Below, in pieces: positions 55,410 to 64,000 of a stretch of DNA of 64,000 bases (its first letter is position 1; the number at the start of each line of letters is the position of its first letter). The position numbers and the translations under genes were made by a program. Origin of the DNA: Candidatus Bipolaricaulota bacterium (lineage in GTDB: Bacteria > Patescibacteriota > Patescibacteriia > UBA11705 > DATKZF01); the NCBI GenBank assembly GCA_035528115.1, contig DATKZF010000003.1:86699-150698 (forward strand), read 5' to 3'. A model generated the notes under the pieces. The model did no database searches. It was not told the DNA's origin and saw nothing but the letters and a program-made list of their open reading frames with translations.

Positions 55410-56528
55410 CTACAAGCTACCCATTTTCAACTCCAATATCCTATAAACGCTCTCATCAATCCTGCTTTCCGAAATAACGCCGCTTTTAACGGCTTCAAGC
55501 ACGGCCTCATAAGCTTCGACTTGCTTGTCAAAAGAACTGACATAAAGCAAAATATCATTACCGGCCAGCACGGCTTTGATTGCAATCGCTTGATTTGAAA
55601 AATTATTTTGCAAAGCTCCCATTTCCATGTCGTCGGTAATAATCACGCCTTGATAATTCAATTGCCCGCGCAAAATATCTTGAACAATGATTTTGGATAA
55701 GCTTGAAGGATTCTCAGGATCAATGTTCGGATATTTGATATGGCCGACCATGACAAAACCCGGATCGGCTTCCAGCGCTTTTTTGAATTGCGAAATATTT
55801 TCGTCAAACTCTTCTTTTGACCACTCAACCGTTGGCAAATTCCCGTGCGAATCAATTGAGCCGTTTGAATGTCCCGGAAAATGTTTGATGCACGCGCTGA
55901 TGCCGGCGGCTTGATAGCCGCCAACCATGGCACGTCCGAATTCGCCAAAGTCATCAATCGAGCCCCGAAAAACCCGCGACCACAAAAAGGAATTTTTATC
56001 GGTGATAAAATCAAGCACGGGCGAGAAATTAACATTGAAGCCCAGCGCGCTCAGTTCCTTGCCTCGGTCAAAAGCGACTTTGTAAGCTTGCTCAACATCG
56101 CTGATTGAAGATTGCGCGGTAAATTCTTTAACGCCGGCCACTTTTATTTTCGTCACCGTGCCCCCTTCCTGATCCGTTGAAATCAGCAAAGGATATTCGG
56201 AGCGGCTCTGCAAATCATCGATCAATGAACTCAATTGCTCTTTGTTGTCCGCGTTGTATTTCAATAATATCACGCCGCCGATGTTTTTTTCTTGAATCAA
56301 AGATACGACGTTGGCATCGGGCGCCTCGCCCCAAAAACCGACCACAAACATCTGGCCGACTTTTTCTTCGAGAGTCATGTTGTCTATTGTCTCGGCGATT
56401 CGATCTTTTTCTTGAAAACCGACGAAAGCGTTTTTTTCGAAATAAAACCACGCAAACAGAGCTCCGGCCGAAACGATCAGGATAACGAATAATAGTATTT
56501 TCTTCATACTTATTGCCTTTTTAATCAA
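55410..56528 (-). CDS. glycoside hydrolase family 3 beta-N-acetylhexosaminidase-like (NagZ-type), secreted or membrane-anchored
   Basis: 372 aa. N-terminal TM/signal (ILLFVILIVSAGALFAWFYF). GH3 motifs KHFPGHS and ...IITDDMEMGA. Confidence 0.7.
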   Translation of the reverse strand: MIKKAISMKKILLFVILIVSAGALFAWFYFEKNAFVGFQEKDRIAETIDNMTLEEKVGQMFVVGFWGEAPDANVVSLIQEKNIGGVILLKYNADNKEQLSSLIDDLQSRSEYPLLISTDQEGGTVTKIKVAGVKEFTAQSSISDVEQAYKVAFDRGKELSALGFNVNFSPVLDFITDKNSFLWSRVFRGSIDDFGEFGRAMVGGYQAAGISACIKHFPGHSNGSIDSHGNLPTVEWSKEEFDENISQFKKALEADPGFVMVGHIKYPNIDPENPSSLSKIIVQDILRGQLNYQGVIITDDMEMGALQNNFSNQAIAIKAVLAGNDILLYVSSFDKQVEAYEAVLEAVKSGVISESRIDESVYRILELKMGSL

Positions 56529-56558
56529 AATATTATATAATCATTAGCGTATCAACAT

Positions 56559-56645
56559 GGGTCGGTACCAAAGCGGTCAACTGGGGCAGACTGTAAATCT
56601 GCTGGCCTTGCGCCTTCGGTGGTTCGAATCCGCCCCGGCCCACCA
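56559..56645 (+). tRNA. tRNA-Tyr(GUA): tRNA-Tyr (anticodon GUA), class II long variable arm, CCA encoded
   Basis: Acceptor gggtcgg/ccggccc (one G-U pair). Anticodon stem gcaga/tctgc with loop ctGTAaa. 15-nt variable arm. T stem ggtgg/ccgcc with loop ttcgaat. Discriminator a plus CCA. Confidence 0.75.
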
Positions 56646-56807
56646 TTCGACTCGCTCCGCTCGCTCATGGTGTTCCACCACCTGAATATGCGAAGCGAGG
56701 CGAATACCATAAGCGGCGTCGAAGGACAATATCATAGCTCACCATGTCGTTCGCAGCGCGGCCATAAAACAAAGAGGTAAATAACCTTTTTTTTTAAAAA
56801 AACAAAT

Positions 56808-57860
56808 ATGAAAAATCTTCAAGCCAAGGATCTTGAACATCTTCTTTCAAAAAACCCCACCCAAAAACAAAATACTCTTATTTTGTTAGCTGCCAAAAAA
56901 TTGCATTGTGCCGTGAACACAATCGGTTATTTGCAAACATCGGGCAGAGACGAAGAATACGCGGACACACCTTTTTTTGAAATATCTCGCCAAGGAAAAA
57001 ACTTGCTGATGGTCGGCGCGACTTCGCAAGACACCAGCTATTTGGGCATGAAGCTCGCCGTCAATAAACAAATAACAACTCAATACTTGAAAAAACATGG
57101 GCTGCCGGTGCCTTTTCAAATACAAATAAAAAACCCGAAAGATTTTGAAAAAATTTTCAAAAAACACAGCGCCATTATAATTAAACCCGTCGCCTCACGA
57201 GCGGGCAAAGGCGTTTTCGGCAATGTAACGAATCAACGCCAAGCCAATACCGCTTTTAAAATAATTAAAAAGGCGATGCCGCGAATGCAGGTTATCGCCG
57301 AAGAGCAAATATCAGGCAATGAATATCGAGTGGTGGTGATCAACGGCAAATTCGCCGCGGCCATCTATTATCAACCGCCGATTGTTTTGGGTGATGGCGT
57401 CTCTTCCATTAAAACTCTCATCGCGAATGAAAATGCTTCTCCCTTGAGAAAAAAAGGCTGGCTGCATCAGATAAAAGTGAACAAGGCTCTCAAGATCAAT
57501 CTACAGTCCGAGGGATTGGCCTTGTCCAGCGTTCCCGAAAAAGGCATAGAGGTCGTGCTGCATCGCGCCGCTCCGATCTCTAACGGAGGAATTTTGATTG
57601 ACGCGACCGACACTGTTGGCAAAGCCAATATCGCGTTGATGGAAAAAACCGCCAAATTGATAAGATTGAATATTGTCGGCATAGACGTCATCGCGCCCTC
57701 TCTTAAAAACCCTATTATTTCAACGAACGGCAAAATAATCGAAGTAAATGGCGGACCGGATTTACGCATTCATTACAATGTTCATCGCGGCAAACAACGG
57801 AATTTGTCGGAAAATATCTTGCGCGATTTCTTCAAAATCTCCGCTCCGAAAAAAAGTTAA
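56808..57860 (+). CDS. ATP-grasp domain protein (resembles cyanophycin-synthetase/RimK-type N-terminal ATP-grasp domains)
   Basis: 350 aa. ...IIKPVASRAGKGVFG...ISGNEYRVVVINGKFAAAIYYQPPIVLGDGVSSIKTLIANENASP...IVGIDVI resembles the CphA N-terminal ATP-grasp region. No Mur-ligase domain follows. Confidence 0.5.
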   Translation: MKNLQAKDLEHLLSKNPTQKQNTLILLAAKKLHCAVNTIGYLQTSGRDEEYADTPFFEISRQGKNLLMVGATSQDTSYLGMKLAVNKQITTQYLKKHGLPVPFQIQIKNPKDFEKIFKKHSAIIIKPVASRAGKGVFGNVTNQRQANTAFKIIKKAMPRMQVIAEEQISGNEYRVVVINGKFAAAIYYQPPIVLGDGVSSIKTLIANENASPLRKKGWLHQIKVNKALKINLQSEGLALSSVPEKGIEVVLHRAAPISNGGILIDATDTVGKANIALMEKTAKLIRLNIVGIDVIAPSLKNPIISTNGKIIEVNGGPDLRIHYNVHRGKQRNLSENILRDFFKISAPKKS

Positions 57861-57864
57861 ACTG

Positions 57865-59169
57865 TTATTTAATAATTTTCTTTATCTCTTTTTTATAATC
57901 TTCCACCGCCGGTTGATCGAAAGAGTTGACATTCATCAGCTTGGCGAGATACATCGTCTCCAACATTCTAACCTGCATGTAAAATCCCAACGCTTTTTCC
58001 GAGATCGCGGGCAAAGTCCAGACCGCGAGCGGCAAAGCGTTTTTTTTGTAGGCGGCCGCGACTCCGCGAACGAACGCGGACATGATGGCAGAAAACTTTT
58101 TACCCTTGATGGAATCAATCAAGCCGGGGAACAAAAGATTGTTTGGCGCGGCCAACGTTGAATCATCGCGGGCGTAAATGATATCAGTGAATTTATCAGC
58201 CGGTCCGCCGAAAAAAAGCTGGGCCGTCGAATGCAGATCATTGGTGCCGATCGAGACGATCGGCGTAAATCCCGCTCGGACAACTTTGCCGGCCAGATTT
58301 TTTTTCTTGCCGAGTGACTCGGCCATCAATTGCTGCTGCCATCTGCCACAAGACTCCAGCTCCGGATTGAAATAAAAAGCGTTGTAAATATTCATGCCCT
58401 TTTTATTGTTCAAATAAATCGAAATCGCGCTTTTGGCCGCGATATTTTTTTTCAAATCGGCTTTAGTGCAGTCTTTGACCGCTAAAGCGGCGCCTTGCCG
58501 CAACAAATCGATATTGACTCCGGCCAGATGCAAAGGTAAAAGTCCCGCCGGCGAAAAAATAGAATATCGGCCTCCCACGACCTTGGGGATTTCCATCAAC
58601 GCGATTTTCTTGGCCAAAGCATTTTTCCATAAAGCCGAATCGCGATCCGACACGACAATCAGTCTGGACAAAACTTTTTTAAATTTTAAAGATATCCTGG
58701 AAATTAAAGTTTCCAGATTGACCACGGTTTCGAGCGTCGAGCCGGATTTGCTCGCCGCGATAATGACGAATTCTTTTTCGCTTTTTAAACTTTTTAATTT
58801 TGCCGCGATCAAATTCAATTTCTCAACGTCAAGCGTATCCAAAAAAATCATTTTGGGAAATCTTTTTTCATTCAAACAATCGTTCGCGCCAAGCAACGCT
58901 TCATAAACGGCTCTGGTTCCCAAGCTCGAGCCGCCAATGCCGATCAATACGATTTGTTTCAGTTGCTTCGTTTTGAACGGTTTGGCGAAACTTTTTACGG
59001 CTGAGATCAAATTTTTATCGCCGGGCAATTGCGCTGACGCTTCCGGCGCCGCATAATCGCGACGGCTTGAGATTTTCGATAACTCTTTGGCATACGCGGA
59101 CAGCTTTTTCCAAGCGGCCGCTGATTGTTTCTTTTGCGTTTTTGATTCTCCTAATTCGATTGAAATCAT
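57865..59169 (-). CDS. pgi: glucose-6-phosphate isomerase (short bacterial/archaeal-type)
   Basis: 434 aa. ...IVLIGIGGSSLGTRAVYEAL... (SIS-domain G-I-G-G-S signature). ...GGRYSIFSPAGLLP... Confidence 0.75.
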   Translation of the reverse strand: MISIELGESKTQKKQSAAAWKKLSAYAKELSKISSRRDYAAPEASAQLPGDKNLISAVKSFAKPFKTKQLKQIVLIGIGGSSLGTRAVYEALLGANDCLNEKRFPKMIFLDTLDVEKLNLIAAKLKSLKSEKEFVIIAASKSGSTLETVVNLETLISRISLKFKKVLSRLIVVSDRDSALWKNALAKKIALMEIPKVVGGRYSIFSPAGLLPLHLAGVNIDLLRQGAALAVKDCTKADLKKNIAAKSAISIYLNNKKGMNIYNAFYFNPELESCGRWQQQLMAESLGKKKNLAGKVVRAGFTPIVSIGTNDLHSTAQLFFGGPADKFTDIIYARDDSTLAAPNNLLFPGLIDSIKGKKFSAIMSAFVRGVAAAYKKNALPLAVWTLPAISEKALGFYMQVRMLETMYLAKLMNVNSFDQPAVEDYKKEIKKIIK

Positions 59170-59185
59170 AAATCGATTCTAATAT

Positions 59186-59734
59186 TTATTCGGCCGGCGT
59201 GACAAAAGTATGATTCGCGTCGTAAACGTAATTTTTGTTTTGAGACATCACTTCGTAATAATATGTGGTGTTCGGCTCCAAATCGGCAATTGTGAATTCA
59301 TGATATGTCACTCTTTTGTCGGATTGAATATCTTGACCGTAATCAAGCGACTCGCCGAAGTTAACCTTGCCCGTGGCCGGATGATTGGTCGTCCAAGTAA
59401 TCGTGACCTCCGTGGCCGACAAACGGGAAATTTTGGTGTTTTCTATGATTGTCGGCTCATTCACGAATAAGTACCCAAATTTAACCAATGTAAACCCGAC
59501 TTGATCGGAAACATCCTGCATTTTTTCTCCGGCGTCAAACGCCAAATTGGCGATTTTTTCTTTAACCGCCACAATCGCCTCTTGTCTGGCTCCAAACAAC
59601 TTCGAATCCGTTCTTCTGGCGAAATTGACCGCTGAAATCATGCCGCCTCCAACCTCTTTATATGAGTTTATCATGGCCAAGGTTGTTTTTTGAGCGGCAT
59701 TTCTGGCCATAGTCAAAAGAAGCGGCGCTGGCAT
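59186..59734 (-). CDS. out-of-frame C-terminal continuation (Fn3/purple-acid-phosphatase-N-like beta-sandwich) of the upstream giant protein; probably one gene broken by a 1-nt frameshift
   Basis: N-terminus LLLTMARNAAQKTTLAMINSY continues the tandem-repeat unit FLTMARNVVQKTTLAMINSY of the giant ORF in another frame. The C-terminus TEVTITWTTNHPATGKVNFGESLDYG...NTTYYYEV is Fn3-like. Confidence 0.4.
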   Translation of the reverse strand: MPAPLLLTMARNAAQKTTLAMINSYKEVGGGMISAVNFARRTDSKLFGARQEAIVAVKEKIANLAFDAGEKMQDVSDQVGFTLVKFGYLFVNEPTIIENTKISRLSATEVTITWTTNHPATGKVNFGESLDYGQDIQSDKRVTYHEFTIADLEPNTTYYYEVMSQNKNYVYDANHTFVTPAE

Positions 59735-62700
59735 CCTTGGCGACGGAAAAAATCTTATTGGTTATGCCGCTCGCGACCTTAACGCCTTCGTTAACGTTTT
59801 TAACCATGATGTTGTTTCTCTGAGTCGCGTTTTCAATCGCTCCGGCATATGAATTTATCATAGCCAGGGTTGTTTTTTGAACGACGTTTCTGGCCATAGT
59901 CAAAAAAACGGAACTGGCATTTTGAGCGGCGGAAAAAATCTTATTGGTTATGCCGCTCGCGACCTTAACGCCTTCGTTAACGTTATTAACCATGGCATTA
60001 TTTCTCTGAATCGCGTTTTCAGTCGCTCCGGAAATGGCTAAAATGGTCGATGACACTCCAGATCTGAGCCCGGCAAACAATGAATTGGCCGTGCCGGGCG
60101 CTCCGGATGATAATACAGCCAAGCCGTCGCCGAGCATTTCCATTATATTAGTTCCCAAAAACGACAAAGCCCGCTGAGTCGCGTCAAACGATCCTTTCGC
60201 CACTCCGCCGATCTGTCCGGTCACCTCTGTCGCGAACTGATCAAACGAGTCGTTCACATTTCTAGATACATTGATAATGGCCTCGGTCAATTGATCCAAG
60301 CCGGCCTTTGTTCTTTCAATAAATGATGGACCGGACGGCTCGATCGGAACAGTGATTTCAGTCGGCTCTTCCGAAATTTCTTCAATTGGAATTTCCGTCG
60401 GCTCAATCAACGGCTCTTCTTTCGCGGGGATTTCTTCTTTCGGCGCCACCACTATCTTTTCTTTCGGTTCTATTTTCAAATAAATCACGTCCGAAGCGCC
60501 GACATTGCCCGCGCGATCATAACCGTTCATTGAAATTCTGTATTCACCGAAATCCAAAGCCTGCGTTGGAGTGAATTCGAAATTGGCGTACTTGTCCGAT
60601 TTATTTTGAGTATTGTCTGAAATTTCGGTTTTGTCAGACAACCAATTAAGGCTCGGAATATTAACGGTCGCCAGCGTATGCAAACCATACACGCCCACGC
60701 CGTTCTTTTTTTCTATTTTAATGGAAATTTTATCAGGTCCTGACGCGACTTTATTGGACATTGAATCTCCGGCCAAATAATCCAAAATTTTACCGAAAAT
60801 GCTCGGAGTCTGATCGCTGGTCATAAAACTATCGCTTGAAAAATAAACACCGTTTATATAAGTGACCAAAACAGTCGGGGCGCTTTTATCCACGAAAATT
60901 GTTCCGGTTGAATTCTTTTTGTTGCCGGAAATATCCGTGGACGTCAAAGTCCAATTTCTTTCGCCCTCTTTTAATTCACCGTCATTCTCCGACGAAAGCC
61001 AGTCGGCGGAAGTTCTAGTCTGAACTGAAATTGAATTATTGGTCGAATCAAAATCATTGAAATTCTTATAATTCACGAAATATTTGCCTGCCGAATAATC
61101 GGCTGACAAACCGGCGATGTTTTCAAGGTTAAAATCTCCGCTGTCGCCGTTATCGGCGCTGATTGAATATTTGGAATAAAGCTCGACCGCCGCGGCCGGC
61201 ACCAGCCAGCTGAAATAAGGCCGCGTCGCATTGGTGTAAATGTGATCGGAAATCAATTTTATCGACAGCGCCGGATCGGTAATATCGTATATAACAAAGG
61301 AATCGGACGCCACCGCAGAGGTATTACCCAAGCTGTCTTTGGCCCAAATATATATTGTGTGTTCGCCCGGCGACAAAGCCGAAGGAACCTGACAGAAAAA
61401 TTTTTCGGACAAATCGCCGAAACTGCCGTCCTGCGCTTGGCAATTGAATTCGCTGCCTTCAAGCGAATCGAGCCTAAAAACAACAAGTGAAATAGGGCTG
61501 GTCGAGTCAATGGCCGAACCTGTCAGCTCGGGAGAAATATCAATTCCAGGATCCGGAAAAATGGCGTCAATCGCCAAACTGGGCGGCGTCGAATCCGTCG
61601 ACGAGCTGGGAGAGCCGCCGCCGCCGGAAGGAGTCGGCGTGGTCGGAGACGTTATTTCAAAAGAATCGCTATAAGCGGAATCAGCGCTCCAATTGCTTAA
61701 AGAATCTCTGGCTCGAACATACACCGTGTGATTGCCCACGGACAAATCAATGGTCACTTCGCAAGAAAAATCTTCCGATAATGAATCAAATGTCCCGTCA
61801 TCGGCCGTGCAACTTCGCCAACTGCCTGATGTTGAATCCATTTGAAATTGAACATAGCTGATGGTGTTGCCCGCATCCGTCACAGAACCCGTAAAAGTCG
61901 GTTTCGTCTCCGACCCCGGATCCGGCGAAAGAGCGTCCAGGGAAATAATCGGCGCGGAGGCGTCAATGGTGAATGAATCCGTGCCGTAATTTATGGCCGC
62001 GGTCGTATTGGACGCCGAATCGGTCGCCCTCACGCTGATTGTTTCAGCGCCGTCAGCCAAGGCCGATCCATATTCGCAAGAAAAATCTTCCGATACTTCG
62101 TCTATTGTTCCATCATCGGCCGCGCAAGCCACCCAATTGCCTGGATCAGAACCGAATTCTATTTCAATCGCGGTCAACACGGTGGTGGCGTCAGTGGCCG
62201 CGCCGGTGATTGTCGGAGTATTGTCATTGGTGGGATCGGGCGCGACCGCGTCAATTGAAACGGTCGGAGCCGTGGCGTCAATGGTGAATGAATCCGTTGA
62301 AACATCAATATCGGCCGTGGTGTTGCCGTTGGAATCGGTTGCTCTCACATTCATGGTGTGAGCGCCATCTGCTATCGGAGTTGAAACAGAGCAAGTAAAA
62401 TCTTCGCTGGCTGAATTAAAAGTGCCGTCATCGGCCGAGCAATCAGTCCAAGCCCCTCCTACTCCGTCAAGCTGATATTCGACCGAAGCGACCGTGCCCA
62501 CCGCGTCAAGGGCATTGCCCGTAAAAGTCGGCGTATTGTCATTCGATGGATCAGGCGAAAGAGCATCAAACGAAATAACCGGGGGCGTGGCATCGCTAAC
62601 CAAATACACGATGCTGATGCTGGTGAAAGTCGGTGTGACCGTAGTATCCGTATTGGTCAAAGTTATTTCGTATTGAGCGTATCTTTCAGTGTCAGTGACG

Positions 62701-64000
62701 CAGGAAGTGCTGCCGAGAGTCGTTCCGGATGAAATGGATTCGCACCCGGAAAAATCTCCGGGCATGTTCGAATCATTTGATGTTCTGACTCTGACTTCGT
62801 ATGAAGCATTGGCAGGCGCGGTGGCAGAATAAGTTAACGATCCCCAATTAGACCCCTGCTCGGAATCGAAAATCGAAGAGGTCAAGGCGCCGCTCGAGGC
62901 GTAATTATTCAAACTAAAATCATCCAAATAAACGGTCTGGCCGGCTTTCACTTGAACGCCGTAATCGCGAGCCGCATTGGCGCCCGTGACCGTGCCTGAT
63001 AATTCATACCAGCCGCCGCCCATGTCAGTGTAAGATGTAGTCACCGTGGAGCCGTTGTAATAAAGCTCGGCATCGCTTGAAGCCACGGCCGAGCCGTCGG
63101 TATACGCATAGGCCGTTAAATTGTAATTATTCGTATCGCCGACATTGATTGATTGCGTGAAATTCGTCGCGTCTCCGGCCACCACCTTCGCTGAAGCAGT
63201 ACTGCCGTTAAACGCGACGCCGGCGTCTCGCGTCGCCGAATAAAAAGGGTATTGAAGTCCTGAGCCGCTATTGTAGAGTAATGAAGCTTCATCTCCGGAA
63301 ATGGCTCTGGACCAGATTCCGACTTCATCGGCCTGACCGCCGAAATAATATCCGCCGCCTATATATCCGCCGATTGTCAGCGACGTGGCCGCGTTTACGC
63401 CAAGCGTCGCTGGAAGGACTGGAGGGGCTGACGCCCAAGATACGGGAGATCCATTAACGTATAATGTGGCCGTCCCAGTAGAAAATGTAATAACAATATT
63501 ATACCAAGTATTATTGGTTGGTTTGAAAGGAGAAAACAAATTATATCTTAACGATCCATTATAAATCACAAAAACCAATTTGTAGGCATTTGTGGGGACT
63601 CCATCAGTATAAAAATACCAACCATTGTCCAATGTGTTTATTTTTCCATGCAACCACTTCGTATTCGCATCGGTCCACTTGAACCAACCCGAAAAAGTCA
63701 AGTCGGTTGTCTGATGCAAATTGACGGTATCGGGAATATTTACATAATTAGTATTGGCGGCAATGAAATTACCGCCGCTGTTGATAACGCCTGTTGTCCA
63801 TTGACTGCCCAAAGAGCCCTGCCAAGTGCCATCGCTTGAATTGACAGAATCCGCCACGTTCGTGCCGGTATTTTCATCAAAAGTCCAATACGCCGCCAGA
63901 TTGCCATCAAGCGACGCCGCGACCGAACTCCAGCCGGTCAAATCGTACTCAAAATCCGTGTTGGAAAATTGTTCGGTATTTGTTAATGTCAATTGATTGG
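59658..64000 (-). CDS. giant LamG (concanavalin-A-like) plus multi-Ig-like-repeat surface protein, C-terminal tandem repeats; 5' end probably beyond window
   Basis: More than 1444 aa. The track start at 63992 is a TTG and the frame stays open to the window edge. LamG-like N-terminal domain (..TFSGWFKWTD...WYNIVITFSTGTATLYVNG...ADEVGIW). At least 4 Ig-like repeats of ~95 aa (..PTFTG.A.DA..V.SVEYQLD...W..C.ADDGTF.S.SEDF.C). Repeated peptide FLTMARNVVQKTTLAMINSY near the C-terminus. Confidence 0.6.
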   Translation of the reverse strand, partial: NQLTLTNTEQFSNTDFEYDLTGWSSVAASLDGNLAAYWTFDENTGTNVADSVNSSDGTWQGSLGSQWTTGVINSGGNFIAANTNYVNIPDTVNLHQTTDLTFSGWFKWTDANTKWLHGKINTLDNGWYFYTDGVPTNAYKLVFVIYNGSLRYNLFSPFKPTNNTWYNIVITFSTGTATLYVNGSPVSWASAPPVLPATLGVNAATSLTIGGYIGGGYYFGGQADEVGIWSRAISGDEASLLYNSGSGLQYPFYSATRDAGVAFNGSTASAKVVAGDATNFTQSINVGDTNNYNLTAYAYTDGSAVASSDAELYYNGSTVTTSYTDMGGGWYELSGTVTGANAARDYGVQVKAGQTVYLDDFSLNNYASSGALTSSIFDSEQGSNWGSLTYSATAPANASYEVRVRTSNDSNMPGDFSGCESISSGTTLGSTSCVTDTERYAQYEITLTNTDTTVTPTFTSISIVYLVSDATPPVISFDALSPDPSNDNTPTFTGNALDAVGTVASVEYQLDGVGGAWTDCSADDGTFNSASEDFTCSVSTPIADGAHTMNVRATDSNGNTTADIDVSTDSFTIDATAPTVSIDAVAPDPTNDNTPTITGAATDATTVLTAIEIEFGSDPGNWVACAADDGTIDEVSEDFSCEYGSALADGAETISVRATDSASNTTAAINYGTDSFTIDASAPIISLDALSPDPGSETKPTFTGSVTDAGNTISYVQFQMDSTSGSWRSCTADDGTFDSLSEDFSCEVTIDLSVGNHTVYVRARDSLSNWSADSAYSDSFEITSPTTPTPSGGGGSPSSSTDSTPPSLAIDAIFPDPGIDISPELTGSAIDSTSPISLVVFRLDSLEGSEFNCQAQDGSFGDLSEKFFCQVPSALSPGEHTIYIWAKDSLGNTSAVASDSFVIYDITDPALSIKLISDHIYTNATRPYFSWLVPAAAVELYSKYSISADNGDSGDFNLENIAGLSADYSAGKYFVNYKNFNDFDSTNNSISVQTRTSADWLSSENDGELKEGERNWTLTSTDISGNKKNSTGTIFVDKSAPTVLVTYINGVYFSSDSFMTSDQTPSIFGKILDYLAGDSMSNKVASGPDKISIKIEKKNGVGVYGLHTLATVNIPSLNWLSDKTEISDNTQNKSDKYANFEFTPTQALDFGEYRISMNGYDRAGNVGASDVIYLKIEPKEKIVVAPKEEIPAKEEPLIEPTEIPIEEISEEPTEITVPIEPSGPSFIERTKAGLDQLTEAIINVSRNVNDSFDQFATEVTGQIGGVAKGSFDATQRALSFLGTNIMEMLGDGLAVLSSGAPGTANSLFAGLRSGVSSTILAISGATENAIQRNNAMVNNVNEGVKVASGITNKIFSAAQNASSVFLTMARNVVQKTTLAMINSYAGAIENATQRNNIMVKNVNEGVKVASGITNKIFSVAKDASAASFDYGQKCRSKNNLGHDKLI
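59663..60030. repeat. two tandem ~183-bp direct repeats inside the C-terminal coding region of the giant protein gene
   Basis: 59663-59845 and 59846-60030 align almost base for base, including ggttatgccgctcgcgaccttaacgccttcgttaacgtt and ggaaaaaatcttattgg. One 1-nt length difference falls between gtcaaaa and ggaaaaaatc. Confidence 0.75.

Overview
The window is AT-rich, gene-dense, and almost entirely coded on the minus strand (about 46 of 49 genes). Its content looks like a reduced-genome, CPR/Patescibacteria-like bacterium. That reading is an inference from gene content: giant secreted proteins with lamin-tail domains, few metabolic genes, a short EF-Ts, and a T4SS-like locus.

What I can support:
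- Housekeeping genes: rpsB-tsf-ricT/yaaT-pheS-pheT, dnaX, HU, pgi, tRNA-Gln(CUG), tRNA-Tyr(GUA), a Fur-family regulator and a GH3 NagZ-like hydrolase.
- A Gram-positive-type T4SS-like locus at the left edge. It carries VirB4 split into two ORFs, a PrgI/VirB3-like protein, two hypothetical proteins, and a 913-aa VirB6/TrbL-like protein with a long Gly-rich extension. A T4 coupling-protein-like ATPase operon lies about 38 kb away.
- Two ECF sigma/anti-sigma pairs interleaved with three giant secreted proteins that share an unrecognised ~110-aa module, plus a 935-aa multi-lamin-tail-domain surface protein.
- A 13-kb glycan-type operon: four GT4 glycosyltransferases, an AsnB-like amidotransferase, a Wzx-like flippase, a radical-SAM/SPASM enzyme and six different class I SAM methyltransferases. 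An IS200/RAYT-like gene sits inside it.
- Three IS200/RAYT-type Y1 transposase homologues, each flanked by GC-rich REP-like hairpins built on a CCTGCC(TGCC)GGCAGG(CAGG) palindrome.
- A dispersed, composite ~150-300-bp intergenic repeat family (five copies plus one degenerate copy), always just upstream of minus-strand gene starts. It has internal 40-bp tandem units, and two copies carry an identical nested 79-bp GC-rich palindromic insert.
- Degenerate heptanucleotide tandem arrays immediately after two stop codons.
- A frameshift inside C-terminal tandem repeats of a >1444-aa LamG/Ig-like giant protein.

The ORF track uses TTG/GTG as starts, so several N-termini are over-extended. The VirB4 ATPase ORF is missing from the track because it runs off the window edge.
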